The notes under the pieces were generated by a model. That model did not search any database. It had not been told where the DNA came from and saw only the letters and a program-made list of their open reading frames with translations. Below are positions 46,216-59,200 of a stretch of DNA of 64,000 nt, one piece after another. Each line of letters starts with the position of its first letter. Position 1 is the first letter of the stretch. The DNA is taken from positions 221,464,001-221,528,000 of the forward strand of contig OZ024740.1 in NCBI GenBank assembly GCA_964016885.1. Reading direction: 5' to 3'. The DNA comes from Eledone cirrhosa (taxonomy: Eukaryota). The translations under genes and the position numbers were made by a program.

Positions 46216-46586
46216 GATAGAGACATGTGTATATTCCACGCTTTATAACTATTGAGCCATCAAGTTATAGATCCCTCTGCATGCATGGTCCCGTAACCCC
46301 TGAGGGAGTCGTAGGGGTGCTATATTGACATACGGCGATTCTTAGGGAACTTTTAAACCTGGCGGAGCCTAATCCTCTCCAGGTCTGAACACAGCAGATT
46401 TCTTCCAGAGAAGGATAGAGAGAGTGAGAGAATCGAAAGGCAAAGTTAACCTCGGCTGGATTTGAACTCAGAGGACAGAGAGCCGAAACGAAAACTGCAA
46501 AACATTCTATCCGACGTTCTGACCACTTTACCACTTCATCGCCTGTAGATCACTGTAACAATGTTTTATTATATTAAACTTTTTGA

Positions 46587-46825
46587 AGGCGGTGGATTGG
46601 CAGTATCAGTAGATGGTCGGGCGCCATGCTTTGCAGCATAGAGTTACGCCCGTTTATGATCTGAGTTCAAATCCTGCCGAGGTTAACTTTGCTTTCATCC
46701 TTACGGGGTCGATAAAATAAAGCCCCAGCAACGTATTGGCGTCGATTTAATCGACCCCCCCCCCCCCCAAAAAAAAAAAAAAATTACTGGCCTTGTGCCT
46801 ATACTAGAAATCATTATTATTATTA
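46587..46825 (+). mobile_element. Abundant tRNA-derived SINE copy
   Basis: Same family; (ATT)n tail. Confidence 0.85.
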
Positions 46826-47734
46826 CTGTATATAATATGTTTATACAGTTTTTATCATAAATCAATTGATTTCTCATTCTTAAAAAAAAAACAACCCCAA
46901 CTCACACGGGCCTAAAAATAGAGGTATAAAGTTCATTATGTCAAACTGGGTGAACCTAGCCATATACTTTAAGGGGATATCTCTGAATCAAGTTATGATG
47001 ATATGGTATTTTTTTTCTTCTTCTTCTTCTTCTTCTTCTTCTTCTTCTTCTTCTTCTTCTTCTTCTTCTTCTTCTTCTTCTTCTTCTTCTTCTATCATAA
47101 TTCCGTTCATATCTATGTAGTACGTTTTCATGGGAATATCAACACGCAATATTTGACTGGTACTTTATTTTTACCAATCCGAATATTTACAAATGACAGC
47201 GAAGTTGACCTCGACAGGAGTTGAAGCCCTAAGTAAAGAGCTGCAACTAAATGCAGTAAGGTATCTTGTCCCACCGCCTAACGATTCCATCATGCCAGAA
47301 CTTAATAGCTAAAGAGGGACGTGACTAAACACAGCAAGCCTTTGCATAACTTCTACCAGGCACAATTGAGTGACTAATAAGTTCCCTTTGCAACAATGAT
47401 GTTCTGGGTTCTATCTTACTGCGTGGCCTACAGCACGAGTATCTTTAATGTAGCCTCGGAGCAACTCAAGGCTTGTGAATGAAATTAGTTACACGGTGGT
47501 GGATGGCAGAGGGAGATGAGCTATTTACATGATGTTTTCTTAAGTATTTAAATATTCTGAGTTCAAATGCCGCTAAAGATAAATTAATACCGTAAGCACT
47601 GGTATATAGCTAGGGATGTGTGGGTTTAGTAGGAATATTCTTAAATTTTCAAAAAATATTGTATATTTCGCTCACTTATTTGAATTACATAAAACAATAA
47701 AATATGTATAATACAATAATGAATAAAGATGTCA

Positions 47735-47928
47735 TAATAATTGTTTTCTACTTTTGGCACAAGGCCAGTAATTACCCAGTACATTACTGGTACTTTATTT
47801 TATCGACCCCGTAAGGATGAAAGGCAAAGTTAACCTCGGCGGGATTTGAACTCAGATCATAAAGGGACGTAACTCTATGCTTCAAAGCATGGTGTCCGAC
47901 TCTCTACCGATACTGCCAATCCACCGCC
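47735..47928 (-). mobile_element. Abundant tRNA-derived SINE copy with TSD
   Basis: AAAGATGTCATAATAAT at 47725 and AAAGACGTCATAATAAT at 47929. Confidence 0.85.
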
Positions 47929-48344
47929 AAAGACGTCATAATAATGATTTGCGTGCATAAACATTTTTGTCGGAAAATTATAAACGTCTACACCCCTCAC
48001 AATGATCGGAGCAATAAATATCTTATAACCGTAAGTACTAGTAAACAACAGAGCGTGATTTATTTTACACCCTCTTACACAATTTGCAGCGTCACATGTT
48101 TATTTTAGAAATTATAATTATTAGATTTTAATTGTTTGTTCGAGTAGTTCTATGATTAACACATTAATGTATAAAGTTTAATTCTCGTTCTGCAATTAAT
48201 TACAATTAATTACAATTAATAAATACTTCGTATTGCATACTTTTCTGACTGTTCTGTTTTGTTGAACACTTGTCATTAATGTGCTAAATCGATGTTTAAT
48301 AGTATCAGTTCAACCTTCGACAACACTAATACCGTCTCTTGCTC

Positions 48345-48423
48345 ACATGTACCGGTCGCTCTCCGACAGGTTCGCGGTCGTGCCCTTGGCAGAGGAGTCT
48401 TCTGGTGTCCTTGACCCTAGGCT
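48345..48423 (+). mobile_element. CRE-like RLE micro-fragment
   Basis: Aligns with 36235-36310. Confidence 0.55.
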
Positions 48424-48620
48424 ATATATATATATATATATATGTAGGAGGTGAGTTTTTATATGTTGATTTAAAACTGCACTATTCACAAGTGTTTTTT
48501 AACCTTCATATCATGTCTCCCTATTTTATCTGACGAAAACGCAAATGTCATCGCATGATGATATTTGATTTTGAAATGCGCATAATAAAATACATGGAAC
48601 TCTTTTAACCATCTTTTGAT

Positions 48621-48670
<50 letters not shown>

Positions 48671-49591
48671 AACGAAGTTTTCTCGAAGAACAAGCTGGAG
48701 AGCGAATTCAAATTAGATTTCATAAACTAATGAGAAAGATTCAATGCAAGAATAGCTGTTAAAACAGCAAAATGCCGTCAATGACAATGTCGGTAAAAAT
48801 TTATCTTGAATGACAGAAATCAGCGGCTAGAAGTATGTTGGCTCGCAGAAGTGATAGGGAGAAAGGAGAAAATGAACGTGATAGGATCATACACACACAC
48901 GCTTTAGTTTAGCCTCTTCCGCTCTTAGACCGGCTGTGGTTTCGCACGATTTAATTTGAGATATTTCACAAACATAGTTTTGTTAAAACTTTTCCGGCGA
49001 AACTGAATATAACATATTCCGTCGGTAAAAGAGGGGGTTATGCACTAATGGTAATACGATTGAAGTATTATGAAGGCATATACGCTATGTTTATATATAC
49101 CCCCCCCCCTCTCTCTTTATATATATATATGAATAAGAGAGACGGTTTTATTTGTTTAATATCTGTTTATTACATAGTTCTGTTATACGCAAAGATGTGA
49201 GAGTGGTTGCATAATAACCTTCTGACATGTTCTCTTCAAACAGTTTGATATGTGTGGTGTTTTTGTTTTTCATGTGGTACTGGTTCATCGTTGTGTTTAC
49301 ATGCTGTCCAGTAGTCATGTGGATAGTATTGCTATTCTAGTAAGTATATAGGGAGCGGGGTGTGTGCTGAATTGTTGCTGGCATTCTATGGATTGTAAGT
49401 AGGTTAAGGTATCAGATTACCAGAGGGATCTGTCTCCTGTTCATATATCTGAAAGAATTGGCTTGAATGGTCTACTTATTTGTTTGTTAATTTGTTTGAA
49501 CTTAATTCTACGTATTTGTGTATGTATATGTATATATATGTATATGCATATATGTATATATGTATGTATATCTATGTATATATATATATAC

Positions 49592-49629
<38 letters not shown>

Positions 49630-49630
<1 letters not shown>

Positions 49631-49850
49631 AGGGAACGATCGACTTTCGTCAAATCGGACCGAGGGAACAATGTTTCCGTTGGTCTTTCCAATTGCTAAT
49701 ACTATCTATCGGTCGCAACTCCAGGTAGAAGGAGCAACGTGAAATAAAGTGTCTTGCTCAGGGACATAACGCATCACCTGGTCCAGGAATCAAACTCACA
49801 ACCTTACGATTGCGAATCCAATTCTCTAACCACTCAGCCACACGCCTTCA
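49630..49850 (-). mobile_element. tRNA-headed SINE
   Basis: Minus strand GGCGTGTGGCTGAGTGGTTAGAG..GAGTTTGATTCC..TGAGCAAGACACTT. Confidence 0.65.
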
Positions 49851-50743
49851 CATATATATATATATAACGTATATATATATATAAATATTAATTCAAAATA
49901 TTAACAAAATAGATATTCTTGTGATCAAGTATATTTTATTATACATATTTCAGAGGTACTGAGTTAAGTTCAACAGTACGTCCGCATCAGATAAAATAAG
50001 ATGAAGAATGACATACCCTGACATAGTAGATGGTTAAGATCCAGTCATGGTAGTGATTAATATATGACAAAACTCAATATTTATACCCTAATATTGAGAA
50101 CATGAGAAAGATATATAATACAAATAATAGAGAGGGTGCGTGTAATACAGCTTAAAAAATACATGGCATCAATATAAGTTAACAAATTTTTTTTTTTTTA
50201 AACTACTGAAGAAAGAGGAAAGAAAGGAAAGCATAGAGGAAGAAACAGCTGATGGGATAATATATTTAGTAGAAGCCTCGAAAAACAAATGAAAGATGAT
50301 TAAAGAGAGAGAGACAAAGGGGAGAGACAATTTATATTCAAGTTTATAGACAATTATCCATATATGCAATATATATCTAAACTTATTTAGTTGATCGTTA
50401 ATATTCAAAATATTTAATTTAAGTTATTTCAGAGTAATGAGTAATATTTTAGGTTTTAATAGTTAATAGGTATCTGTATTAATATTATATTATACTATCA
50501 AGTTTAATTTCTAAAATTCAAATTTTATGAAAACAAATTTAAAGGATTTACGAAATACGAGAAAGAAAATATATAATGCTTTTATACCCTCACGACGGTA
50601 ATCTTTTGAATTAATATTAATAACTCTGGAAACCCTTTTTTATCTGTTGAGTGCTTCCAATCTATTGTAAAACTCACTCATTCTTTGATGTATTCATTGA
50701 ACCTTGTTTAACTTTTAAATATATATATATATATATATATATA

Positions 50744-50917
50744 CGTTATTCCGGGTTGAATCGGAGGTAACCACAGTAAGTAAGGTACTCAATACATAGC
50801 AGAGTATAAAAGTTTTAATATAGATGAGATTCTACAGGACTAGAACTGTTTCATTCATTAGAAATCATCAGGATTCCTGATGATTTCTAGTCCTGTAGAA
50901 TCTCATCTATATTAAAA

Positions 50918-50920
<3 letters not shown>
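50744..50920 (-). mobile_element. (TA)n-embedded foldback element with a hammerhead core at the inversion centre
   Basis: 50809-50843 and 50857-50872 pair with 50876-50920; minus strand CTGATGA-TTTCTAATGAAT-GAAACAGTTCTAGTC^CTGTAG. Confidence 0.65.
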
Positions 50921-51014
<94 letters not shown>

Positions 51015-51531
51015 GTATGTGTATTACTGCTAATAATAGTAATACATCTTAGTGTTCACGACGCAGACACGACATTTTCACTAATCATACCTTTTGTGTG
51101 GACCGAACAAATAATGGACCAATTAGGAGCTATAAATGTCTTATTTTTTCTAACAAAAAAAAAAGACTACATTTATTAAATACTAATTTGGGTCATTAGT
51201 TTTCGTCTTTAATGGCCATCTAAGTAGTTTTCGTTGAAAATACGTGATTTTACTGTAGCAATGCAATAACGAGCGAAAATTTAATTTCGAAAGCTATTTT
51301 ATTAGTTCCCATTTCTACAATCATATAACCTTATTTAACATATAAGTAGATTTAACGTTTTCGATATCAGACTGCATTAAACTGCCTCTGGTTCTATGAT
51401 ACATAACTGTTTGTTTTAAAACTTTTGTATTCATCTAAAAAAAAAATTAATTTCAATCATAATTTCATGTAAGAATTTTTGTAAAATCATATTCCAAACA
51501 CGATATTAATAATAATTTATTTCTTTAGTAA

Positions 51532-51722
51532 TAATAATTGTTTTTACTTTTGGCACAAGGCCAGCAATTATCCCAGTGTATTACGGGTGCTTTATTTTAT
51601 CGACCCCGTAAGGATGAAAGGCAAAGTTAACCTCGGTGGGATTTGAACTCAGACCATAAAAGACCGTAACTTTTTGCTGTAAAGTATGGCGTCAGACCTT
51701 CTACCGATACTGCCAATCCACA
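51532..51722 (-). mobile_element. Abundant tRNA-derived SINE copy
   Basis: Same family as 20305. Confidence 0.85.
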
Positions 51723-51921
51723 GTATAAGATGTATTGTTAAAATTCCCCCAAATTCTTAAATATTTTCAAAATTCTTTAAAAATCGTAATCAGTGTGTTT
51801 CATAAAAAATATCGAAGAAAACACACATGAAATGTTAAACTTGGTAACATAGAGCAACAACCTCAATAGGCAGTTTTGTATATTTCCTCACGATTTAATT
51901 CTATTCTCAAATCAGGAAGAC

Positions 51922-51978
<57 letters not shown>

Positions 51979-52023
51979 TTAATAATTAAAAATATTAATA
52001 AATATAGACATTCATGTAAGCAA

Positions 52024-52095
52024 ATATATTTGATTATATATATTTCGCAGGCACTGTGCTGTTTCCTCAGTACGTCCTCATCAGATAAAATATAT
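52024..52095 (-). ncRNA. Minimal type I hammerhead ribozyme, inverted copy
   Basis: Reverse complement of 52166-52237 with a few substitutions; core intact. Confidence 0.72.
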
Positions 52096-52165
52096 AAATT
52101 GATGTATGACATAATTCAACTGTGCTGATGGTTCATTTCCAGTGAGGTATGTCATACATCAATTT

Positions 52166-52237
52166 ATATATTTTATCTGATGAGAACGTACTGAGGAAAC
52201 AGCACAGTACCTCCGAAATATATATAATAAAATATAT
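52166..52237 (+). ncRNA. Minimal type I hammerhead ribozyme with palindromic stem III
   Basis: AUAUAUUUUAU-CUGAUGA-G..GUACUG..CAGUAC..C-GAA-AUAUAUAU-A^-AUAAAAUAUAU: perfect 11-bp stem I. Confidence 0.8.
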
Positions 52238-52247
52238 TTGATTACAT

Positions 52248-55200
52248 AAAACACAGAAAACAAATACAATAACACCCACACCACAAACACGAGCCGAAAA
52301 TGAACCCCTCCCCTCGAATACGGAAGACGACCCCCTTTAGTCGTCAGACGAGGGGGGGGGGGACACTTTCATAAAGTTAAAAGAAATAAAAGAAAACACA
52401 CCACAGGAACACAAATACAAATAACCCCTCCCCAATACATAACACAGACATCAATACAAAAAACACACACAACAACAGCAAACAAAAAACATCACAGAAA
52501 AAGAAAAATATGCTTACACGTACATAAACACAATAAACAAAAAACTGTTAAACCTTATTTATAATAACAACTTAATAAAAACCGAAGGTTCGAATTTCGC
52601 GCAAGCAACGGGGCTTCCCCATCTAAAAATGATAAAAGCCCCAATGGACATTTACAAAACGTTAAAAGACACTTTTAAAGAGGACGTGGGGCCCCCTGCG
52701 TCAGACCCATTAACCGTGTCCTCCTATTCCAGACACTCACACAACGTCAAACACCCCAACCCCACCACACACTGATGCCCCTACACTTCCACAAACCACC
52801 ATCCCACCCAACAACCCATCCCCCACCCACATGGAAATTGTGCGGCCCGGTCCCCGGGACGCAGAGAGGTAAGTGCCTTTTCTCTTTACCACCAACATGG
52901 CTGTGTTGAGAGTAGGTTGTCTAAATGCGCGTGGCCTGGGCTCACCTTGGAAGCAAGCAATGCTTCTAAATGACCTCAGGTCACGATGTATATATGTGAT
53001 AGTTATTTGCGAGGCCCGGATCAGAAGCGTGCGACAGCTGGCCCCCACCTTTGATGACTTTGAGATGCACGCATCTCTCTGTCAGCCCTGAGGTGGGGTG
53101 GGGTTGTCGTTCTGCTGCAAAAACATCTGGGTCTCGCTATACAGACGGTGCACTTGGACCCGGAGGGTCGACTTGTGGTTCTGGACCTTGGCAGTGGTGA
53201 AGGCGGAGCTTTTAGGCTGGTCGCCGTCTACGGCCATTTTGGGTCAACGTGGCCGCACTTCTTCCATCGTCTGGAAACTTTTCTAGGGACGTCTTGCTTT
53301 TAGTGGGGGACTGAAATGGTATCCTAGATGCACGTTGGGACTATGTAGGGGCATGTCCTGATAGAGGGGGTTGTAACAGCCTCAAGGGGTTAATCGGCCG
53401 AATTGACCTGGCCGATAGAAATCGACTAGATTTTCCGACTGTGCCAACCTGGACTTAGAGAAACCACAGCAGTAAATCTAGATCGTATCTAAATAGGTTC
53501 TTAGTTAGAAATAAGGATAGGGACTTTTTAAGTTGTCCAGAAATGCTCATGGTTGGCTATTCAGACCACAAGTTAGAGACCTCCATGGTCAACCTTGATA
53601 GAACGCATAGACAGGGATCCGGTTACTGGAAGCTCAACTTGTCCTTAGCGGCAAGTAAAGCTTACAGGAACCGGCTAGTACTTTAGTTAAGGAGCGGTTG
53701 ACGGGCGCCATCGTTAACAGCAGGAGGTGGGGCTCTCTCAAAAGAGAGATTAGAGTAGCTTCAATAGGAGTTAGTAAGGAGTTAGCTTCAGATAGAAATA
53801 GGAAGGAAAGGGAGTTGGTAGATAGGGTAGAAGAGGCAATTAGAAGCGGCGACGTAGCCAGAGTGCTAGCGTCAAGAACGGCCTTGGGCCAGTTCTTCGA
53901 CGCGAAACACGAAGGCTGCATCGTCCGAAGCAAAATACGTGCTCTGGGAAACGAGGGGAACAAAGCTGTTAGCGGGGCCCGCTAAAAGGGGGTTTATATC
54001 CACTATCCGGTCTTTGCGAGACCAGGATGGACGGGTGATCCTTGAACCTAAGCAGATGTGCGAGGCTTTTCAAAAGCACATTGCCAGATTGTTCGGAAGG
54101 CGCGGGGATCCGGTTGGGAAGTGGACTTCGATCCATACCTCGACGGCCAGCTGCGTCTTTCGGACGAGGAGGCGAAGTCCTGCGAGAGGCCGATTTCAGC
54201 TGCTGAAATAGGGGACGTGCTGAGCCAATGCGGCAGACGCAAATCTCCGGGCCTCCATGGTCTTCCATACGAACTGTATTTAAGTATGCCGGACTTGTTC
54301 TTCGATTTCCTCGAAGCGGTCTACTGCACCTGGCAACAGAACGGGAGAATTCCCTGTTCTGTGACCAAGGGCGTAGTCTCGCTAGTGAGGAAGGACGAGA
54401 ACAAGGGGGATGAAATAAGTAATTTTAGGCCCATAACTCTGCTAAATGCAGAGTTAAAGATTTTGGCCAAGGTGTTAGCAAAGAGGTTGGCGCATGTCGT
54501 GGGCAACCTGGTGGGAGATGCGCAGACATGCGCCATCCCGTCCAGGTCCATTCACGACAACCTCCATCTCATGCGATACATCATAGAGAGGGTTGGGAAC
54601 GAGCCCGGCTTTGGTGGGGCCCTGATCACCTTGGATCAATCTAAGGCGTTCGATAGGGTCGACCATCGTTACCTGGGTACGGTGCTAGTGGCGGCAGATT
54701 TCGGACACGTTTTTAGGGGCTGGATCACTGCCATGCACAGCAGCCGCATCTGCTCTAGGGTCAAGGTGAACGGCTACCTCTCGGAGCCGTTCAAAATCAC
54801 GCGGTCCATCCGACAGGGATGCCCTCTCTCCCCCCTTCTGTATGTATGGCCCTAGAGCCACTGCTGCAGAAGTTGGAGTTGTTGCAGGGCATCCCTTTGG
54901 ACCCTAGATTGCGGAAAGCGGTGTCGGTCTACGCCGGTGACGTGACAGTAATGGTGTCAACGGCCTCGGAAATCGGGGCGATCGGCACCTTACTGGAGGA
55001 GTACGAAACGTTTACAGGGGCTAAGCTGAAGCGGGACAAGTCGATCGGTTTGCAACTCAGCACGTGGAGGGGCAAACCGATGGTATCCGACGGCGTCGTG
55101 GGGCGCTGGACGGAGGGCCCGGTAAAATTGCTCGGGGTCTGGTTCGGACCAGACCTCCAGGTGGAGAAGAACTGGGGTGAGGTAACGAACAGGGTGTTTA

Positions 55201-56290
55201 CACTGACCCAGAAGTGGGCCAAGTGCAAACTGTCCCTGAAAGGTCGGGCGGAGGTGGCGAACACTTATATAGCGTCCGTCATCTACTACCGCCTGACTGC
55301 CGTGCCTTGCCCAAGGGAAACGCTCGCCAAAATGGAGCGCGCACTCTTCCAATTCCTTTGGAAGAAGCGGACTCCTTTGGTGAGGAGATCCATCTGCTGC
55401 CAACACCCTTCGAAAGGAGGGCTGGGGATGCCGTGGCTGATGATGCGTAAACACGCATTAAGGCTACGGCACCTCCATGTATTCCTCACCGGTCAACCGG
55501 TGTGGGCCCCGTTTGTGAGGCGAGCCTTTCCCAGACTCGCCTCGATCACCGAGCTGCAGTCCTGGGTCAAGCAAAGACCGAGAAAACTGGGCGCCTGGCA
55601 CACCGAGTATGCCCAGGCGCTCACGGGTCCTCTGGCAGGTGGACCCGGCTATCGGTGGAGACTCCACCTCGTCATTCTATAGAGGGCTGGTGGTTAGTAG
55701 GTGCGACAACGCCCTCCCACAAGCCCTAGGCATGGAAGAAGACGAACTGGCCAACCTGGTCGGTAGGACATTTGGCCCGGGACCTATGGACAACTTCCAG
55801 AGGTACCTGGCCTGGCAGTGTTACCGAGGGGCGCTGCCCGTTCGAGAAAAGCTTTACAGACACGGGCGCCCGGGTAGGGACCCCTCGAAAAAATCTGTCC
55901 CAGATGCGTGCGCGACGAGGAAACCGTTGCGCACGCATTGGTACATTGCTCGGGCGTTGCCGATCTGTGTGGCTATGTCGAACGACTGCTATCACGGGTG
56001 GGACCAATCCGGTTGACCACTGAGTCCATTGTAACGATCAAGCCACCTCCCCCAGTGAAAGAGGTTGTATGGTGGACGCGTCTGAAAGGACTGAGGTCAG
56101 ACACCTTTCTCTCTGGCCAATAACTGGTCCGTTTCTTCCGATAACATTTCGGAAGAAGGATAAGGATGGAGAGAGAGGTGCTGCACCCCAGCCGTTTTTA
56201 TGAAAGATGGGTGAAAGTGGCGAGAATGGCCCCTGTGAATGGGCCTTCACTCTACATCAGACTAGGTGAGAAAGCTGAAATATAAAAAAA
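52248..56290 (+). mobile_element. L1/Tx1-clade LINE, 5'-truncated in ORF1, ORF2 disrupted
   Basis: ORF2 ATG at 52897 (MAVLRVGCLNARGL); SDH; RT NFRPITLLN, LDQSKAFDRV, RQGCPLSP, YAGD; C-terminal CxxC..H..C. Confidence 0.9.
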
Positions 56291-56299
56291 AAGATGAAA

Positions 56300-59200
56300 G
56301 ATAAAAAAACTGAACCAATTGTTTGAAAAAACATATCATTTTGTAGATTAACCCCCAAGCTGAATTGTCAGCTGGGTGGTAATCCCATTTTTAGCCCCTT
56401 TAGGGGCGAACATTTAATTTAAATATTGTTTTAAAAAATCAAATTTTGCCAACTATAAAACATGAATAGCTCGGAAAGAACGCTAGATTACGTCGACAGA
56501 GAGAAGAGAGGTAGAGAGGCAATATTAACGTTATATCTGCTTCTGCTACTATGGACGTCGCCATCGATACGACTGTCTACAAAGAGAAAAAAATAATATT
56601 ACCAATTGAAGATTTTAAAATTTCTACCGTCGAAGCGGAGAAATATAACACACAGGAAAACACAGGAATTAAACCTATTAACATACATACGCATGAAAAA
56701 GACAACAACAACAACTCCATAGATACATCTACACATAAAGTTTCACCTCGTCAAGAAATTGCGATTTCCAACACCGAGGCTATGAACGATAACAACAACA
56801 ACAACAACAACAGCAACACCACAAAAAAAATGTCTTTCGCTGAAACAGTGAACAAAAAAACAGATTTTATAAATCTTGACATCTCCAATGCAAGAGATAT
56901 GCTCCAGCAAGTAACTTTCGAAGACAAGGGTGTGGGTAGAATTAACTCACCCCTCGAAATAAAAGAAGAGACATTTCGAAGGACAGTGACCTTCAGAACT
57001 GTCACCAACACAACGAGAAAGCCAATATTTGTTAGTCAAGGAGACATAGAAGCCACCTTGAAGGAGACTCTAGCAAATATTGACTTTCTTCGACGAGGAA
57101 AACAGTACGGAAGTGTTTCCGTACGGTTTAAAAGCGAGGTACTCGCCCAAAAACCTTCTGTGACACCAATGGTGTCAAAAGCATTCACATTTTTCCCTAC
57201 GTACATGGGAAAAAGGACACAAAAAATAAAAATAAAAATATACCACCAAACATTAACATCTGGTGGATCTTGGCTGGCTTCGTGGAGCCAGAGACTGATG
57301 CTATTCTTTCAATACGAAAGTCTATTAAACAAAGGTGGGCGGATACTGAGTTGGGGATTCTGATGCAAATGAGGCCGGAGAGAATCTCCAAAATACCGAA
57401 AAAGTCGTCATTGACGACAAAAACAAATTAAACATTTCGGTAGAGGGGCGTAAACTTCATTGCTTTCGCTGTGGTAGCATAGCACACCTAAAAGCCTCCT
57501 GTCCTTCACAAACACACCACAAAAACATCATTAAAAAAAACACTATTACCAACACCAACACCAAAACAACCACCACCACAAGTACAACAACAGACGAAAC
57601 GAGCAAACACACCAAAACAAACAGCCACTCAACCAACAACAACAGAAAAAACACTGACAACACCCCTGAAGAACACAGCCCCACCCCATCCCACTCTATC
57701 AAACACTACCACAAACACACACACCGAAACACCACCATCACACAATGTACCCCGACCCAACACTGCTGACGATGATTATTCATCAACAGATGAGGCTGCT
57801 TCTTCTTTAAGTGAAGAAGAAGGAGAGCCTCGGAAATCTAAAAAAAGAAAAAAAAAGAGACACCACAAAACCCCCAAAACTCCAATCACCAACACCAACA
57901 CACAACCACAGACACAAACAACAACACAAACAACACCACAGTCAAACATCCTCCTACCAGCAAAACCAACACCAATACCACTCCAAACACAAGCACCCAC
58001 CATAAAAAGAAAACTCCCGGACGAACAACAAACTAAAACAACACAACAAAAATACAAACAACAATACGCATACATCAACACAAGCAACAAGAGTTTGATA
58101 GAGGTCATCTCCCAAAACCCCAAGTTGGAGACGGAGGGCAAAACTTTCGTCAAAGCAGAATCGTCTCCACACCTAAAACTAATAAGGGTTTCGATAGCAA
58201 CCTCTGAGAAATTGAAAGAACAGTTTTCGCAGGATGTTGGCAACCCCTGTCATAAACCTATTAACCGCGTCTTATTAAAATGTTTCCGCACCTCACCCAT
58301 CACCCCCACCAGAACTGAAATGGAGATTGAACAACCCGATCTCCAGAAAACGAAAAGGTAAGTGCACCTTTTCGTCCTTTTCGCCAACTCTTCTCCACCA
58401 ACATGGCTGACTTACGAGCTGGAAGTGTGAATGTGCGTGGCCTAGGGATGCCCTGGAAACAGGGCCAACTTTTAAACGACCTGAGGTCACACGGTATGGA
58501 TGTAATAGCCATCACTGAGTTCAGGATCCAGAACAAGCAGCATCTAACCCCCATCTTCAATGACTTTGAGATCTACGCATCTCTCTGTCAGCCGGGAGGT
58601 GGAGGGGGAGTGATTGTCATGTTTCAGATAAACCTGGATCTCGAAGTACAGCAAGTACACTTGGACCCGGAGGGTAGACTGGTGGTCCTAGATGGGAACA
58701 GTCTTGGAGGTGAAGCCTTCAGACTGGTGGCCGTTTATGCCCCGACCGGGCAATCACAATCGCGGCCAGACTTCTTTAAGCGTCTAGAGTTTTTTCTGGG
58801 AACGTCTCGCTCCTTGCTTTTAGTGGTGGACTGAAATGGTATCCTAGATGCACGATGGGACTATGTAGGATCATGTCCCAGTAGAGGGGGTGCAGCAGCC
58901 TCAAAACTTTAATCGGCCAATTCCAACTGGCCGATAGGTATCGACTGGATTTCCCGACTGCGCCACAGTGGACGTGGGCAAACCGCAGCGGGACATCTAG
59001 ATCGTATTTAGATAGGTTCTTCATTAGGGAAAGGGACAAGATGTTAAGCTGTCCACGAATGCACATGGTTGCCTATTCAGATCACAAATTAGTCGTCTGC
59101 ATAGTGAACCGTGATAGAACACTTAGACAGGGACCCGGATACTGGAAGCTGAACGTGTCGTTGCCGGGACGTAAAGCTTACAGTGAACGGATAAGTAGAC

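Larger units (their letters stand above)
52013..52247. mobile_element. Foldback element with a hammerhead ribozyme in each ~100-bp arm
   Basis: 52013-52112 is the reverse complement of 52148-52247, around a ~35-nt spacer. Confidence 0.8.
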
